A stretch of 64,000 bases of DNA from assembly GCA_030390025.1 (NCBI GenBank), contig CM059432.1:17114001-17178000 (forward strand). The letters are read 5' to 3'. Below are positions 1-12,433 of this stretch, one piece after another. The notes under the pieces were generated by a model. It was not told the DNA's origin and made no database searches. It was given only the letters and a program-made list of their open reading frames with translations. Origin of the DNA: Squalus acanthias (taxonomy: Eukaryota). The translations under genes were made by a program, and so were the position numbers. Within the stretch, counting starts at the first letter, position 1. Each line of letters starts with the position of its first letter.

Positions 1-2530
1 AGATATTACATCTAGTTCCCTTGTCGAGATCATTAATATATATTGTGAATAGCTGGGGTCCAAGGACTGATCCCTGCGGTACCCCACTAGTCACTGCCTG
101 CCACTCGGAAAAAGACCCGTTTATTGCAACTCTTTGCTTTCTGTCTGCCAACCAGTTCTCTATCCAAGTCAATACCTTGCCCCCAATCCCATGTGCCTTA
201 ACTTTACAAGCTAATCTCTTATGCGGGACCTTATCAAAAGCCTTTTGGAAGTCCAAATACACCACATCCACTGGTTCTCCCTTATCTATTTTACCAGTTA
301 CATCCTCAAAAAATTCCAGTAGATTAGTCAAGCATGATTTACCTTTTGTAAATCCATGTTGACTTTGTCCAATCCTGTCACTGTTTTTGAAGTGCTCAGC
401 TATTACATCTTTTATAATGGACTCTAGCATTTCCCCCACTACCGATGTCAGGCTTACCGGTCTATAATTCCCCGTTTTCTCTCTACCACCCTTTTTGAAT
501 AGTGGGGTAACATTAGCTACCATACATTCCATGGGTACTGGTCCAGATTCCATCGAATGTTGGAAGATGATCAGCAATGCATCTACTATTTCTAGGGCTA
601 CTTCCTTAAGTACCCTAGGATGTAGATTATCAGGCCCTGGGGATTTATCGGCCTTCAATTTCCCTAACACCATTTCCCTACAAATACTGATTTCTTTCAG
701 TTCCTCCCTTTCATCAGACCCTATGTTCCCCAACATCTCTGGGAGGTTATTTGTGTCTTCCTTTGTGAAGACAGAACCAAAATATGTATTTAATTGGTCT
801 GACATTTCTTTGTTCCCCATTATAAGTTCCCCTGATTCTGACTGCAAGGGACCTATGCTTGATTTCACTAATCTTTTTCTCTTCACATATCTATAAAAGC
901 TTTTACAGTCAGTTTTTATGTTCCCTGCAAGCTTACTCTCGTATTCTATTTTCCCCTTCTTAATTAATCCCTTTGTCCTCCTTTGTTGAATCTTAAGCTG
1001 CTCCCAATCCACAGGGTTACTGCTTTTTCTGGCCAATTTATATGCCCTCTCCTTGGATCTTATGCTGTCCCTAATTTCCCTTGTTAGCCATGGTTGAGTC
1101 ACCCTTTTTGTTTTATTCTTATGCCAAACTGGGATGAACAAATTCTGTAGTTCGTCCATGCGGTCTTTGAATGTTTGCCATTGCCTATCCACCGTCAACC
1201 CTTTGAGTGACATTCCCCAATCAATCCTACCCAACTCGCACCTCATACCATTGTAGTTTCCTTTATTTAAATTCAGGACCCTAGTCTCTGAGTCAACTAC
1301 TTCACTCTCCATCCTAATGAAGAATTCTATCATATTATGATCACTCCGACCCAAGGGGCCTCGCACAACAAGATTGCTAATTAATCCTTTCTCATTGCAT
1401 AATACCCAGTCTAAGATGGCCTGATCTCTGGTTGGTTCCTCGACATATTGGTCCAGGAAACCATCCCGTAAACACTCCAGGAATTCCTCCTCCATAGTAT
1501 TGTTACTAATTTGGTTAGCCCAATCTATATGTAGATTAAAGTCACCCATGATGACTGCTGTGCCCTTATTGCACGCTTCTCTAATTTCCCTTTTAATGCC
1601 ATCCCCAACCTCCACATTACTGTTTGGAGGTCTATATATCACTCCCACTAACGTTTTCTGCCCCTTGTTATTTCTCAGTTCAACCCATACAGATTCCACA
1701 TCATCAGAGCTAATATCCTTCCTTTCAATTGTGTTATCCCCTCTTTAACCAGCAATGCTACCCCACCTCCCTTTCCTTTTTGCCTATCTTTCCTGAATAT
1801 TGAGTACCCCTGGATATTAAGTTCCCAGCCTTGGCCACCCTGGAGCCATGTTTCTGTAATCCCAATCAAATCATATTCGTTTACCTCTATTTGCGCAGCT
1901 AATTCGTCCACCTTGTTCCGAATGCTCCTTGCATTAAGACACAAAGCCTTCAGGCTTGGTTTTTTTAACGCTCTTAGACCTATTAGAATTAGTATTTACT
2001 GTGGCCATGTTTGATTTAAACCGTTGTTTTCTCTGACTGCAACTTTTGTTTTTCTCCTTCCTATCTTTTGCTTTTATCCTTGTTTCCCTTTCCTCTGTCT
2101 CCCTGCTCAGGTTCCCAACTCCCTGCCATTTTAGTTTAAACCCTCCCCCAGAGCACTCGCAAACACTCCCCCTAGGACATCGGTCCCGGCCCTGCCCAGG
2201 TGTAGACCGTCCGGTTTGTACTGGTCCCACCTCCCCCAGAACCGGTTCCAATGCCCCAGGAATTTGAATCCCTCTCCCTTGCACCATTCCTTTCGCCACG
2301 TATTCATTTGAAATATCCTTCTATTTCTACTCTGACTAGCACGTGGCACTGGTAGCAATCCTGAGATTACCACCTTTGAGGTCCTATTTTTTAATTTACC
2401 TCCTAACTCCCTATATTCTGCTTTTAGGACCTCATCCCGTTTTTTTACCTATATCGTTGGGACCTATATGCACCACGACAACTGGCTGTTCACCCTCCCC
2501 TTCCAAAATGCTCTGTAGCCGCTCTGAGAC
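1..2530 (-). mobile_element. CR1/L3 LINE: partial ORF1 (SGNH esterase-like) plus ORF2 endonuclease and RT, frameshifted; continues off the left edge
   Basis: Minus ORFs VISGLLPVPRA...FWGRWDQYKPDGLHL (SGNH) and CLNARSIRNKVDEL...ITETWL (APE endonuclease); [12 protein letters not shown] near 50-90. Confidence 0.92.
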
Positions 2531-2927
2531 ACTGAAAATTACTTTTTAAAAACTATACTAAACCATTTACGAGTTTCATTGGTGTGTACTAGTCAGTTTA
2601 TTAGTAAATTAGATATATTTTTTGACCTGAAAATACTTTTAAATCGTTCCTACTAGTGCCTGTACGCCCAAGAAAATGAGTGCAGTGAGGGCAATTTGAA
2701 GAGCTTTCCTTAACCAGCGCAGTCGGAAGAATCTCTCAGTATCGACCCGGGGGCATGGCCAGTTTTGTGGGAGGGGCCTGATTTGGACACATTGAATCTT
2801 AAACTAGCATAAAAGATCACGGAAAAGCACAAATGCAAGTGGTTTTGGGCGTAACTCGCGTCTATAATTCCCCGATCTTTAGAGCTGGTTCGGCCAATTT
2901 CGCCCAGATTGCGCTGATATTACCCCC
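2531..2927. mobile_element. Partial GC-rich MITE end (Harbinger-like), probably truncated by the CR1
   Basis: Ends in GATATTACCCC, similar to the termini of other MITEs in the window; CpG-rich. Confidence 0.4.
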
Positions 2928-2989
2928 ATGTTTTGTTAGTAAACTTACTTTTGGTGCTTGGTGAAGTAGGTATCATTGAAAACTTGATA

Positions 2990-3200
2990 CTTGATGTCCC
3001 CTATTACGTTTCAAGGTGATTCTCACATATATGTCCTTGATTGTTCACGATGTGACCGTATATTGTTACTTCTGACACCACCACTGGCTTAATTTCTGTT
3101 CTTTTCAGTAGTTCTATTCTTTTCTCAATGTGCATAGTTGTAGCTCCAGGGAGGCAACTCACTATCTTTGTATTATCTTTGACACACACAGCTGTCCAGT
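2990..3200 (-). mobile_element. Degraded CR1 ORF1 (SGNH) relic
   Basis: Minus ORF IVSCLPGA...PVVV, typical of CR1 ORF1. Confidence 0.55.
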
Positions 3201-3753
3201 TTTATTAGCAATAAACGCCGTACAACTGCTCTCTCACTATGCCTCATTTACTGCTTCCTTGCCTTGTCACACTTCTTCTCTGGCATTCTGCCAGTCTTAT
3301 CCTTACATTCTAATTTGTACTTCGTGAGGGTAGGAGTCTGATATCTGTTTGTTACAGTAACATCTTGAGTAACCATTCTGATCTTCTTTCCTCTCTCTTG
3401 AAACGTCTTTTAACTTTGACCCATCCAGCTCCCTATTTTTTTCCCTTCAACTTAGGCTTTTCCTTTTCACTGACTAATGCCTCACCTAGCCTCATCGAGT
3501 CCGACATTACCCAATTTATTGCATTTGGAGGAATTATCAGTTTGCTCTCTACATACGTTGATCCATTGGGCATGGTGGATTTTTTTCCTTTCCTTTCTTG
3601 AAATAAAATTTACCTCACTAGGGAGTGGGTAAGTCGATTATGCAGTTTACAAATTCAGCCATAGGATAATTCTGCATAAATTAGTTTTATTACAAAATAT
3701 AAATTTCAATAAATGTTACTTTTTAAGATGAGTAATACATTCTTTATTCACAG

Positions 3754-3896
3754 GAAGGAAATAGTTTCCAACATGGACAAACACATTGGAATGCAACTAT
3801 GCACAACCCTAGGATGTCCATGCTGTATGCTCCCTTCAGTGTTTGTGTGATATCCAAATTCCCTTATTATACAGCCTTTAAGGATTGCCTCTCCTG
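3754..3896 (+). CDS. DENND3: DENND3 internal exon (window exon 1), EGNSFQHG...PFSVCVISKFPYYTAFKDCLS
   Basis: CAG acceptor 3751-3753, GTAAG donor 3897; 143 nt, ends phase 2; resembles recalled human DENND3 [21 protein letters not shown]. Confidence 0.93.
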
Positions 3897-4359
3897 GTAA
3901 GCACTAGCATATGGTTGTGTTTTTTGTTTTTGAACTGAGCTCATACCCTGTGCATTTTAACTGCTGGTAGTTTACTTTGCGCTGTGAAATGACAGCTGGT
4001 TCACCTGCATGTGTGCAAAACAGCTAGAGCTTGACTGAATGAAGACAGTATCTGGCTCCAACAGGTTGTTCAAAGTCCTTCTCTGGGATTTGCACCATCA
4101 TTTCTTTTTCTGACTACTTTTTTGTTCAAAAGAAATTCTTCAATTTTGTGGGTTTTTTTCTCCAACAAGCTCATTAAATGGCAACACAGATCCTGCTTGC
4201 TCACTGACTTGCTTGTAACTAACTTTGGGTGGCACCAGTGCTCCTTTGTAATAATTTACTGCATTGTCAGTACCAGGGAGAAAGAACTGGCCATGACTTT
4301 AGCAGAGGAGAAGAGAGTGGTTCTGTTATGTGAGGTGCAGCCTGGCTCTAAGGTACCAA

Positions 4360-5109
4360 GGGGGAAAAATTCGGTATCGCCCATTTTGGGGCGCTAATAT
4401 CGGCCGAGCGCAAAGCTTAGCGCCTGGCGCTAATTATCACCTCTGACTGCAAAATTTGCCTCTATCGCCCCTGGAGGTGATTTGAGCGTTAAATCAGGCG
4501 CTGCACACCTCTCTTAAGGCGCAAACGAGGCGCTACCTCAGAACGCTACTGTAGCTCAGGCGATGCCAATTACCATGGAAGCCAGACAGACTGGCGCCGT
4601 CCAGTTCTTGCTGGCTAGCCACTCCCTGCTCATTGCAGCCTTGAATCTTGGCCTGGAGAGTCCTCAAAAGCAATTGTGTTGGAAGCACTAATGGATAGGC
4701 CCATGGAAAGAGCTCAGCACTTGGGAACCTCAAAAGTGGTGCTGAGGGCCAAAACTCCTTAGGGCAGCGTTTAAAACCAAAAATTTTACCAACAAGAAAA
4801 GGCAGGAAGCGCCCGCCTTTAAATAGCGCTCCCCCAGCCCCTTCCCGACTTGAAAACGTTCCCCTCTACCTGTCGTCCCTAGCGGCAGGCGCTGAGACTC
4901 AATATCTGGTCTGGGGCGCTACCGGGGCGTTGCACGCTTGACTGACGTCACGATCTGCGGGCGCAGGAGATTGTGGCGGTAGTGTTTAGCGCTGCTGCAA
5001 AACGACTGATCAATTTCGTGAGCGGCACTAACATCGCTGCGCCCGGGTGCTAGCTGCTTTGCGCCCTGTTAGTGCCCTCTTAGGCGCAAAGCAACTGAAT
5101 TTTTCCCCC
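4360..5109. mobile_element. Non-autonomous DNA transposon (PIF/Harbinger-type MITE), copy A
   Basis: 13-bp TIR GGGGGAAAAATTC/GAATTTTTCCCCC; 3-bp TSD CAA (4357-4359, 5110-5112); many GCGCC subterminal motifs. Confidence 0.85.
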
Positions 5110-5130
5110 CAAATGTCTTTTATGAGATTT

Positions 5131-5705
5131 TGAGGCTGTGGCTTGGATCTCTGTGTGTACAGTTCTGGCCGCCATATTCTAAAAAGGATATAGAGGCACT
5201 GGAGAGGGTGCAAAAAAGATTTACAAGGATGATACCAGAAATGCTGAGGTTATACCCATCAGGAAAGGATATGAACAGGCTGCATCTCTTTTCTCTTGAA
5301 AAGAGAAGGCTGAGGGATGACCTAATAGAGGTTTTTAAAATTATGAAAGGTTTTGATAGAGTTGGCACAGAGAGAGTGTTTCCACTTGTGGGGAAGGGCA
5401 AAACTAGAGGCCATCAATATAAGATAGTCACCAAGAAATCAAATAGGGAATTTAGAAGAAACTTCTTTACCCTGAAAGTGGTGAGAATGTGGAATTCACT
5501 ACCATAGGGAGTGGTTGATGCGAATAGTATAGATGCATTTAAGGGGAGGCTAGATAAGCATATGAGGGAGGAAAGAATAGAGGGTTATGCTGATAGAGGT
5601 AGATGAAGAAGGATGGGAAGAGGCTCAAGTGGAGCTTAAACGCCGGCATGGACTGGTTGGGCTGAATGGCCTGTTTCTGTGCTGTATATTTTACGTAATT
5701 CTATG
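5131..5705 (+). mobile_element. CR1 3' fragment
   Basis: ORF CVQFWPPY...LERVQKRFTRMIP...RLRDDLIEVFK...VVRMWNSLP; CR1 tail GGGCTGAATGGCCT...TTCTATG. Confidence 0.92.
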
Positions 5706-5889
5706 TTTTTCACACTTCCTTCTCCCAGGTGGATTCTCGTAACAAGGGTAGGTTTTGTGAGCAAGATACTGGAAAGCATTGTAAGAGACGTGATTTATAA
5801 TCACCTGGCTAGTTTGGCAGTTAAAAGCAAAACATCAGTCCTACCTTGTCAATATGATTGAATTTGTTGAGGAAGTGACTAGGTAAAAT

Positions 5890-6450
5890 GCCTATCCCTA
5901 ATTACTCTGAGAAGGTGGTTTTGGGTCTTCTCCTTGAACCATTGCCGTCTTGTGTTGACAGTCTTCCCACAATGGAGTTAGGTTGGGAATTTCAGGATAT
6001 TAACTCTGCATTGATTGAGAACTAGCGTTCTATGTCCAAGGAAGTAAGGTGTGTGATTTGGAAGAGAACTTGAAGGTGATGGTGATCCCATTATCTTCGT
6101 GCTTTTGTTCTCCGTGGTAGAGATTGTGTAGCTGGGAAGTGGTGTTAAAGTAAATTTGGAGAGTTTTAAGATAATGTATATTGCACTGATAGTGCACCAG
6201 TGGTAGAGAGGGTGGATATGAGTTCAGTGACTGGTGCTGTTCAAGAGGACTGCTTTGTCCTGGAAGGTATTGAGTTTCTTGAGTGTTATTGCAGCTGCAT
6301 CCACCTACATAAATGCTGAGTATTCTATCACACTTCTAACTTGAGCATTATGAATGGTGGAGAGGCATTGAGTGGTATGGGGAGGTGATCTTGTTAAGAG
6401 TATAGAACCTCTGCCCTGCTCTTGTATGTACGTCGTATATGGCTGGTCGA
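5890..6450 (-). mobile_element. Old 3' fragment of the LINE family seen at 23487-26362
   Basis: Diverged similarity to 23540-24110; AQVRSVIEYS in the minus ORF. Confidence 0.65.
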
Positions 6451-6761
6451 TTCTTCTAGCAGGGGTAGCAGCTTGGAGTAGAAATACTGGCTGACTTGTT
6501 TTCGCCTGTCTCTTACCCAGGGTTGATGTCCTAAGTGTTGCTGTTGCTGGGGTCAGCCAATGTAGCACAAACCTGGAATTGGACCTGTGTTTTCCCAGTG
6601 TGAATTTCTTGGTTAATCATTCTATGATGTTGCTGACCAATTTTTTTTTTAGATTCCTCAAATCTAGCATTTTTTGTTATTATACATGTTCATTTAGGAG
6701 GTGTTGGAAATTGCATTGTTTATTTCATATTGTTTACAAGGAATGCGATCTTCTCTTTTAG

Positions 6762-6873
6762 TCTGACAGTGCACATGAAATCGTGTCGTGAGATGGATTT
6801 TGATCATAAAGTTAGACAATTTGCAGCAAAATTAGCTTTGATGCCCAGTCCACCGCCTGGCACGCTCCATTTG
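6762..6873 (+). CDS. DENND3: DENND3 exon (window exon 2), LTVHMKSCREMDFDHKVRQFAAKLALMPSPPPGTLHL
   Basis: Pyrimidine tract plus TAG acceptor, GTAAG donor; phase fits the previous exon (TG+T=Cys); FAAKLxLxPSPPPGxLHL motif. Confidence 0.95.
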
Positions 6874-7149
6874 GTAAGATGTTGTGCATTTACCATAAAT
6901 TTATACTTCCAAAAATCAGACCGACTGAGTTTTCTATGGTTTCAAATGCTTTACTGGAAATTAATATGCAAGCACAGCAGCTCTTGTATTACTAGAACAA
7001 GAGAAGACGACAATAATCAATCTCTGGGTGGAAATAAATTTTGTAATAACTGAAGTTGCCAATCATAACCAAGTCTAACTTTCCTGCTTTTCTGCATTCT
7101 TGCAACAGGGCTCAAATGTGATTAGCAAGCCCGGAGCTGAATGAGTGGG

Positions 7150-7590
7150 TTTAAAGGCTTAAATTAGGAGGACAGGTTGTATAAACTTGACTTGTATTCC
7201 CTTTTTAAAAGGTTGAGTGGTGATCGAATTGATGTGTTTAAAATAATAAAGGGATTTGCAGAGGTAGATACAGAGAACCTATTTCCTCAGGTCGGAGAAA
7301 TCCAGAACAATGTGGCACATTTTAAAAATTACAGCTAGGCCATTCGGGAGTGAAATAAGGAAGCACCTTTTCACAGCTAAGGGTACTGGAAACCTGGAAA
7401 GCGCTCCCTGAAAAGGCTGTGGATGCTGGATCAATTAACATTTCAAGACTGAGATCGGTTTGTTAGGGAAAGGTATCGAGGGATACGGATCAAAGGTGGG
7501 TAAATGGAGTTGAGGTGCAGATCAGCCATGATCTAATTGAATGGTGCAACAGACTCAATGGGCTGAATGGACTTCTCATGTTCCTATGCT
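7150..7590 (+). mobile_element. Diverged CR1 3' fragment
   Basis: CR1 tail motif GATCAGCCATGATCTAATTGAATGG...GGGCTGAATGG. Confidence 0.75.
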
Positions 7591-7899
7591 CTTTGTGATG
7601 GAAAGGATATGAGGTCAGAAGCTCAGCTCGGGATCGAGTAGGATGCCGAGGTCGTGAACATTCTGGTTGAATGGTCTACTCCTGTTCCTATGTAATCCAA
7701 GAATTTATTATGATAGTGGAAGTGGGTGAACAACAAGACCCATCTTTTTTGATAGTTATTGACCCAATATACTCAATACTAAGAGTGCATACTTTTCTAC
7801 TGCCTTTTCAATTCTGCATAGATCTGCTCAGCTATTTTGTTGCCTTTTGTATTCCAGACGGGTAGTTGAATACTCTATATGGAGGGTGGCAACATCAAC

Positions 7900-7922
7900 A
7901 TATATATGTGTGTGTGTGTATG

Positions 7923-7953
<31 letters not shown>
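7900..7953. repeat. Compound (TA)n/(TG)n microsatellite
   Basis: Directly visible. Confidence 0.95.
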
Positions 7954-8404
7954 TATGGTTGGTTGGTACCCTCTGTACAAGAGAGGACCTTCATCACACG
8001 GACTGCAGCGGTTCAAGAAGTTGTCCCACTGCCACCTTCTCAAAGGCAACTAGGGGTGGGCAATAAAATGGCAGCCTTGCCAGCGATGCCCATTTCCTGG
8101 AATTATTAAAAAAAAATTGTTATCCTGTTGAGTTGCTGACCAAATATGCTAAATTAGCCATGCCCTGATGGAGTCTTTATAAATGCCAGATGTTTTTTTA
8201 ATATTATGTCACATATAGAGAGAATTGGTCTATTTCCTGTGATATTAGACCGAGGTTGAAAATATCCGTCGCCTAATAAGAAGCTGGACAGTGATGTATC
8301 AGCCAATGACAACAACCCCCCATCACCACCACAACCACCACCACCAACCATTGGTTTAATTATGATTTGTGTATCTTGTAGAGCTATTTCCTGGTGTATT
8401 AGAG

Positions 8405-8803
8405 AGTTGTAGAACTCTGACCTCTGAGTCAGGAGGTCATGGGTTCAAGCCCCACTCTGAGCACATAATCTGGGTTGATACTTCAGTGCAGTTCTTGGGA
8501 AGTCCTGCTTTTTTGCATGAGATGTTAAACAGAGATCCTAACTCTCCTTAGGTGGACGTAAAAGATCCTGTGCCACTAATTGAACAAGAGCATTGGAGTT
8601 CTGATGTCATGCCCAATATTTAATCCTCAACTAATATCGTTAAAACAGATTATCTGGTCATTTATCTCATTGCTATTCACAAATTGGCTGTCGTGTTTCC
8701 CTATATTGCAATAGTGACTACACTTCAAAAGTACTTCTTTGACTGTAAAGCACTTTGGGACAACCTGAAGTCATGAAAGGTGCTATATAAATGCAAGTTC
8801 TTT
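8405..8803 (+). mobile_element. tRNA-derived DeuSINE-type SINE (SacSINE1/AmnSINE-like) with an L2-like tail
   Basis: B-box GGTTCAAGCC; central GGTGGACGTAAAAGATCC...CAGATTATCTGGTCATT; tail GCTATATAAATGCAAG. Confidence 0.8.
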
Positions 8804-9003
8804 GTTTCCATACCATTAACTCCTGGTGTTTGAGTGACTGTTTTTACAACAGTGCACACTGTTGAATCCTTTAATGTTGAAGATTTATTCACCTTGTTTG
8901 AAGATAACTCTTTTTCTGCTGATTCTCCAAAATGTCTAGTTTCATTTATTGATAAATTGAAATGACTTCAATTTGTAATAAAGCATTTTTGATATTTTCT
9001 CAG

Positions 9004-9123
9004 GTATTTAACATGAAACCTCTGCAGGTTGTGTTGCCTTCAAGAGAGGACCCCAAATACCCTATAGTAGATTTGGACCTTCACACCCCTTTTCTCTGCT
9101 TCAAACCGAAATGTATCCTTCAG
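9004..9123 (+). CDS. DENND3: DENND3 exon (window exon 3), [40 protein letters not shown]
   Basis: CAG acceptor, GTAAC donor, 120 nt phase 0-0; DENN core sequence. Confidence 0.95.
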
Positions 9124-10722
9124 GTAACTAGTGCTCCATAATTTGGAGTTGTATTTTCCAATCTGTCTAAGCTTCAGACTTTCATTTATGCACTTTGTGT
9201 TCTCTGCATTAACATTTTAAGGTGATCATTCTATTATTTGTTTTATTAATGTTGTTTGTCTCTTTTTATTTCAATTCCATATCCTCATTCTGATTATCAA
9301 CAGAATACTCGAGCTCAGTTCACCCAATAGACGCTGTTAGGATTATTGTTTTGGTAGGCTTCTTAGAAGGTATGCTTGAGTGTTACAAGAAGGGTTGCCT
9401 TCCAAGCTAATTTTCTCTCTGGGCTGATCGGTGCTGGGTGTTGGAGAGGCGGAAATTGAGGGCAAAGGAAATGCCAGTGGGTTGTCAAGCCAGAGAGAGG
9501 GGCTGGGAAACTGATGGTTGTAGGATGCAAGTTGTGTGTAATTGGGTGGTTTTAACTAATCGAAGATAAGCATGGATGGAAAGTATGCTGTCGGAGAAGA
9601 GCAAATGTGAAGCCTGTAGTGGAGCTTGGGAGGGGAAGAGGAGTGACTATCTGGCCTGTAGGGGAGCTACTGGAATGGTTTTTGGTTCAATAATGGGGAA
9701 TGGAGGAACAGGGCGAGTGCTAGTTGAGGAGGTTAAGAAGCAGAGTTGGTGAGGGTGGGGCTGACGAGAGGCAAGATTTGGAGTTAGGTTCCTTGGATAA
9801 GAGAATGAATATAATGGGTCTCTGTAATTTAGGTTTCTACTTTCAGATGTACCTGGTTGTGCAGAGCTGTCTTTCCTCATTCGCCCACTCCTCTGAAGCT
9901 TGAAAACTTGGAAGATTCACTTTTTTAAAGTTCCTAGCCTGGAGATTACGAAGGTTGATTGCAGATTTTTTTGAGGGAATTGGATATATACTTGAAGGAG
10001 CAAAAATTGCAAGGATATGGGGAAAGAGCGGGGAACTGGGACTAACTGGATTGCTCTTCGAAAAAGCCGGCGCAGACTCGATGAGCCGAATGGCCTCCTT
10101 CTGTGCTTTACTATTCTATGATTGGTCAAAATTCACCAAACATGGAGTGGCCTTTTCTAGTCCTCCAGGTCTGGGAGAAAAAAAGTGTGCAAAGGAGAAA
10201 GGAACCGAAGGGTCTTCGTGGGCTGGATCAGTGGGACTTTGTGGGCCACATATGGCCAGAAGGCAGCAACCTGGGCGCCCCACCCTGAATTATTGTTGCT
10301 GAGTTCCGTACTGCAGCCTCTTTGGTCAGACACAAACCAAAGTCACAAGTGCCACGTTCAGGGATGTCAATATGTACAATGCCTCATCATTAAATAAAAA
10401 CACCATATGCAACCAAAATCTCAGTTTTTAATTGTAAACTCTAAACCTCATCCAACAAAAGTTGTAAAAGAAGAATATTGCAGTTATTTGCTGTTACTAA
10501 ATTGATTTGATTTAATACAGCTGATGACCATGGTTTCCTTATGGCTGTCACTCATAAGTTATACAGCCTTTGTCATATTTTAGGAAAATATATTCATCTA
10601 ATCTCATTAATCTCATCCTCTCTTTGTCCCACTCATCCATAATTCAGGAGATTTTACGGTACAATCTGGATACCTTAAAACTGTTCCCCATTCCTTCATT
10701 CACTGAGTAGCTGTGGGACACT

Positions 10723-11616
10723 GGGGGAAAAATTCAGTTGGTTGCGCCTCCCATTAGCGCCTTAAGAGGGCGCTAATGGGGCGCAAATCAGCTAGCGCCC
10801 AGGCGCGGCGATGTTTGCGCCGCTCGCGAAATTAACTAGACATTTTGCGGCGGCGCTAAACACTACCGCCACGATCTCCTGCGCCGGCAGATCGTGACGT
10901 CAGTCAAGTGCGCAACGCCCCGGTATCGCCCTGGAGCGGATATTGAGTGGCGCCCCCTGCCTTACCGCCTGACGCTAGCAACGACAGGTTGAGGGGAGCG
11001 TTTTGCAGTCATGAAGGGACTGGGGGAGCGCTATTTAAAGGCGACCGCTTCCTGCCTTTTATTGTTGGTGCCATTTTTGAACCACGCATTCTGAGAGAGA
11101 GGGAGAGAGACTTCTGGAGAGATTCAACGCTGTGTGAAGGAGTTTTGGGTACTGAGCAGCACTTTGCAGGTTCATTTTAAATCTGCCATTCCTTGTATCG
11201 ATTTAGAAGAGACTGTGGGGGCTGCACTCTGAGCTCTTTCCCTGGTACTCTCCATTTTTCTTTACAGCAGATTTGATGTGCAGGTCTCTCCATGCCGAGA
11301 TTCAAGGCTGCAATGAGCAGGATGTGGAAGGAAAGCAAGATCAACCATCCCCTTTAAGAACTGTCCCGTGCCATTGTGTGTGTGTTCCATTGCTGACTGA
11401 CATCACATGAGCTTTGCCAGCGCTCTGAGGTAGCGCCTCGCTCCTCGGCCTTTGCGCCTTAAGACAGGTGTGAAGCGCCTGATTTAGCGCTCCAATCGCC
11501 TCCAGGGGCGATAAAAGTCAAGTTTGCAGTCGGTGGCGATAATTAGCGCCAGGCGCTAATCTTTGCGCCCGGCCGATAATTGCGCCCCAAATGGGGCGAT
11601 ACTGAATTTCTCCCCC
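10723..11616. mobile_element. Harbinger-type MITE copy B, inverted relative to copy A
   Basis: TIR GGGGGAAAAATTC/GAATTTCTCCCCC; its right end is the reverse complement of the left end of 4360-5109. Confidence 0.85.
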
Positions 11617-11788
11617 TATAACTTTGTACATTGATTTAATGCAAACGTTTTCCTTGTTTGATTCCTCATTTTATAAAATGATTGCCATACCTAGTAGCAA
11701 CTGAGTATATACTTCTTGCACTACTAGCTTTGACATCTTTATTAGAGCACTGTGAAATGAAAATCAATTATGTAATTAGTGACTATAA

Positions 11789-12433
11789 GCCCGGAATTTG
11801 CAGTGAGTAATAACAGCAAACGAACAGCATTCCTTGTAATTACCCCTTTGAAACTGACTGCAACTTCAGGATTTAGCGTATGTGCATCCTAATGTGGAAA
11901 TCCTGAAGTCACGGTCAGTTATTCGCTGCTCCGACACTGGCTGCGCTGTGGCCGCCCCCCCGCCACCCGCATAGCCATAATCGATGTAATCAGGGAAATC
12001 TGACGAAAACCTGGGCTTTTCTGCGGTAAAATAGCTGTTAAATACCTCATTGAAAGTTAGACTTTGTTGGATTAGGTGTAACTGGGGTTTTAACAGAGTA
12101 TTGACTGCTAAACAAATGTTATGGCCCTGAAAAACTGATTTTAATTTTGTGGAGTGTCAACTTTCTCCATATTGATGATAAATTACAATTTTTAGGACTC
12201 TTTTTAAAAAAAAAAAAAATTTTTTTTTTTTTTAAATTTAATATTTATTTCAGGTTTACTGTTTCCCCATGTGAAAGCCCTAATCTTTGTTTTGCTCTCT
12301 AACATTTTTAAAAAGTCAGAATAAAAGGAGCTTCTTCACTTCCTGGTTCCTTGTCTGTGGGAGTTCTGCATTCTGGTTGGCTGCTCAGGCAGCTTGTTGA
12401 CGTCACAGCAGCTCGCGCTATGGAATTCCCGCT
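11789..12433. mobile_element. Left part of a MITE-like element that probably resumes at about 15790-16130 after nested LINEs
   Basis: Starts GCCCGGAATTTGC; related in reverse to the MITE end at about 55130-55295; AT-rich core like other MITEs here. Confidence 0.55.

Noticed and set aside
9001..9009. AG|GT at the start of exon 3 (and exon 8) resembling recursive splice sites
   Set aside because: Explained by Val codons at the start of both exons; weak donor consensus.
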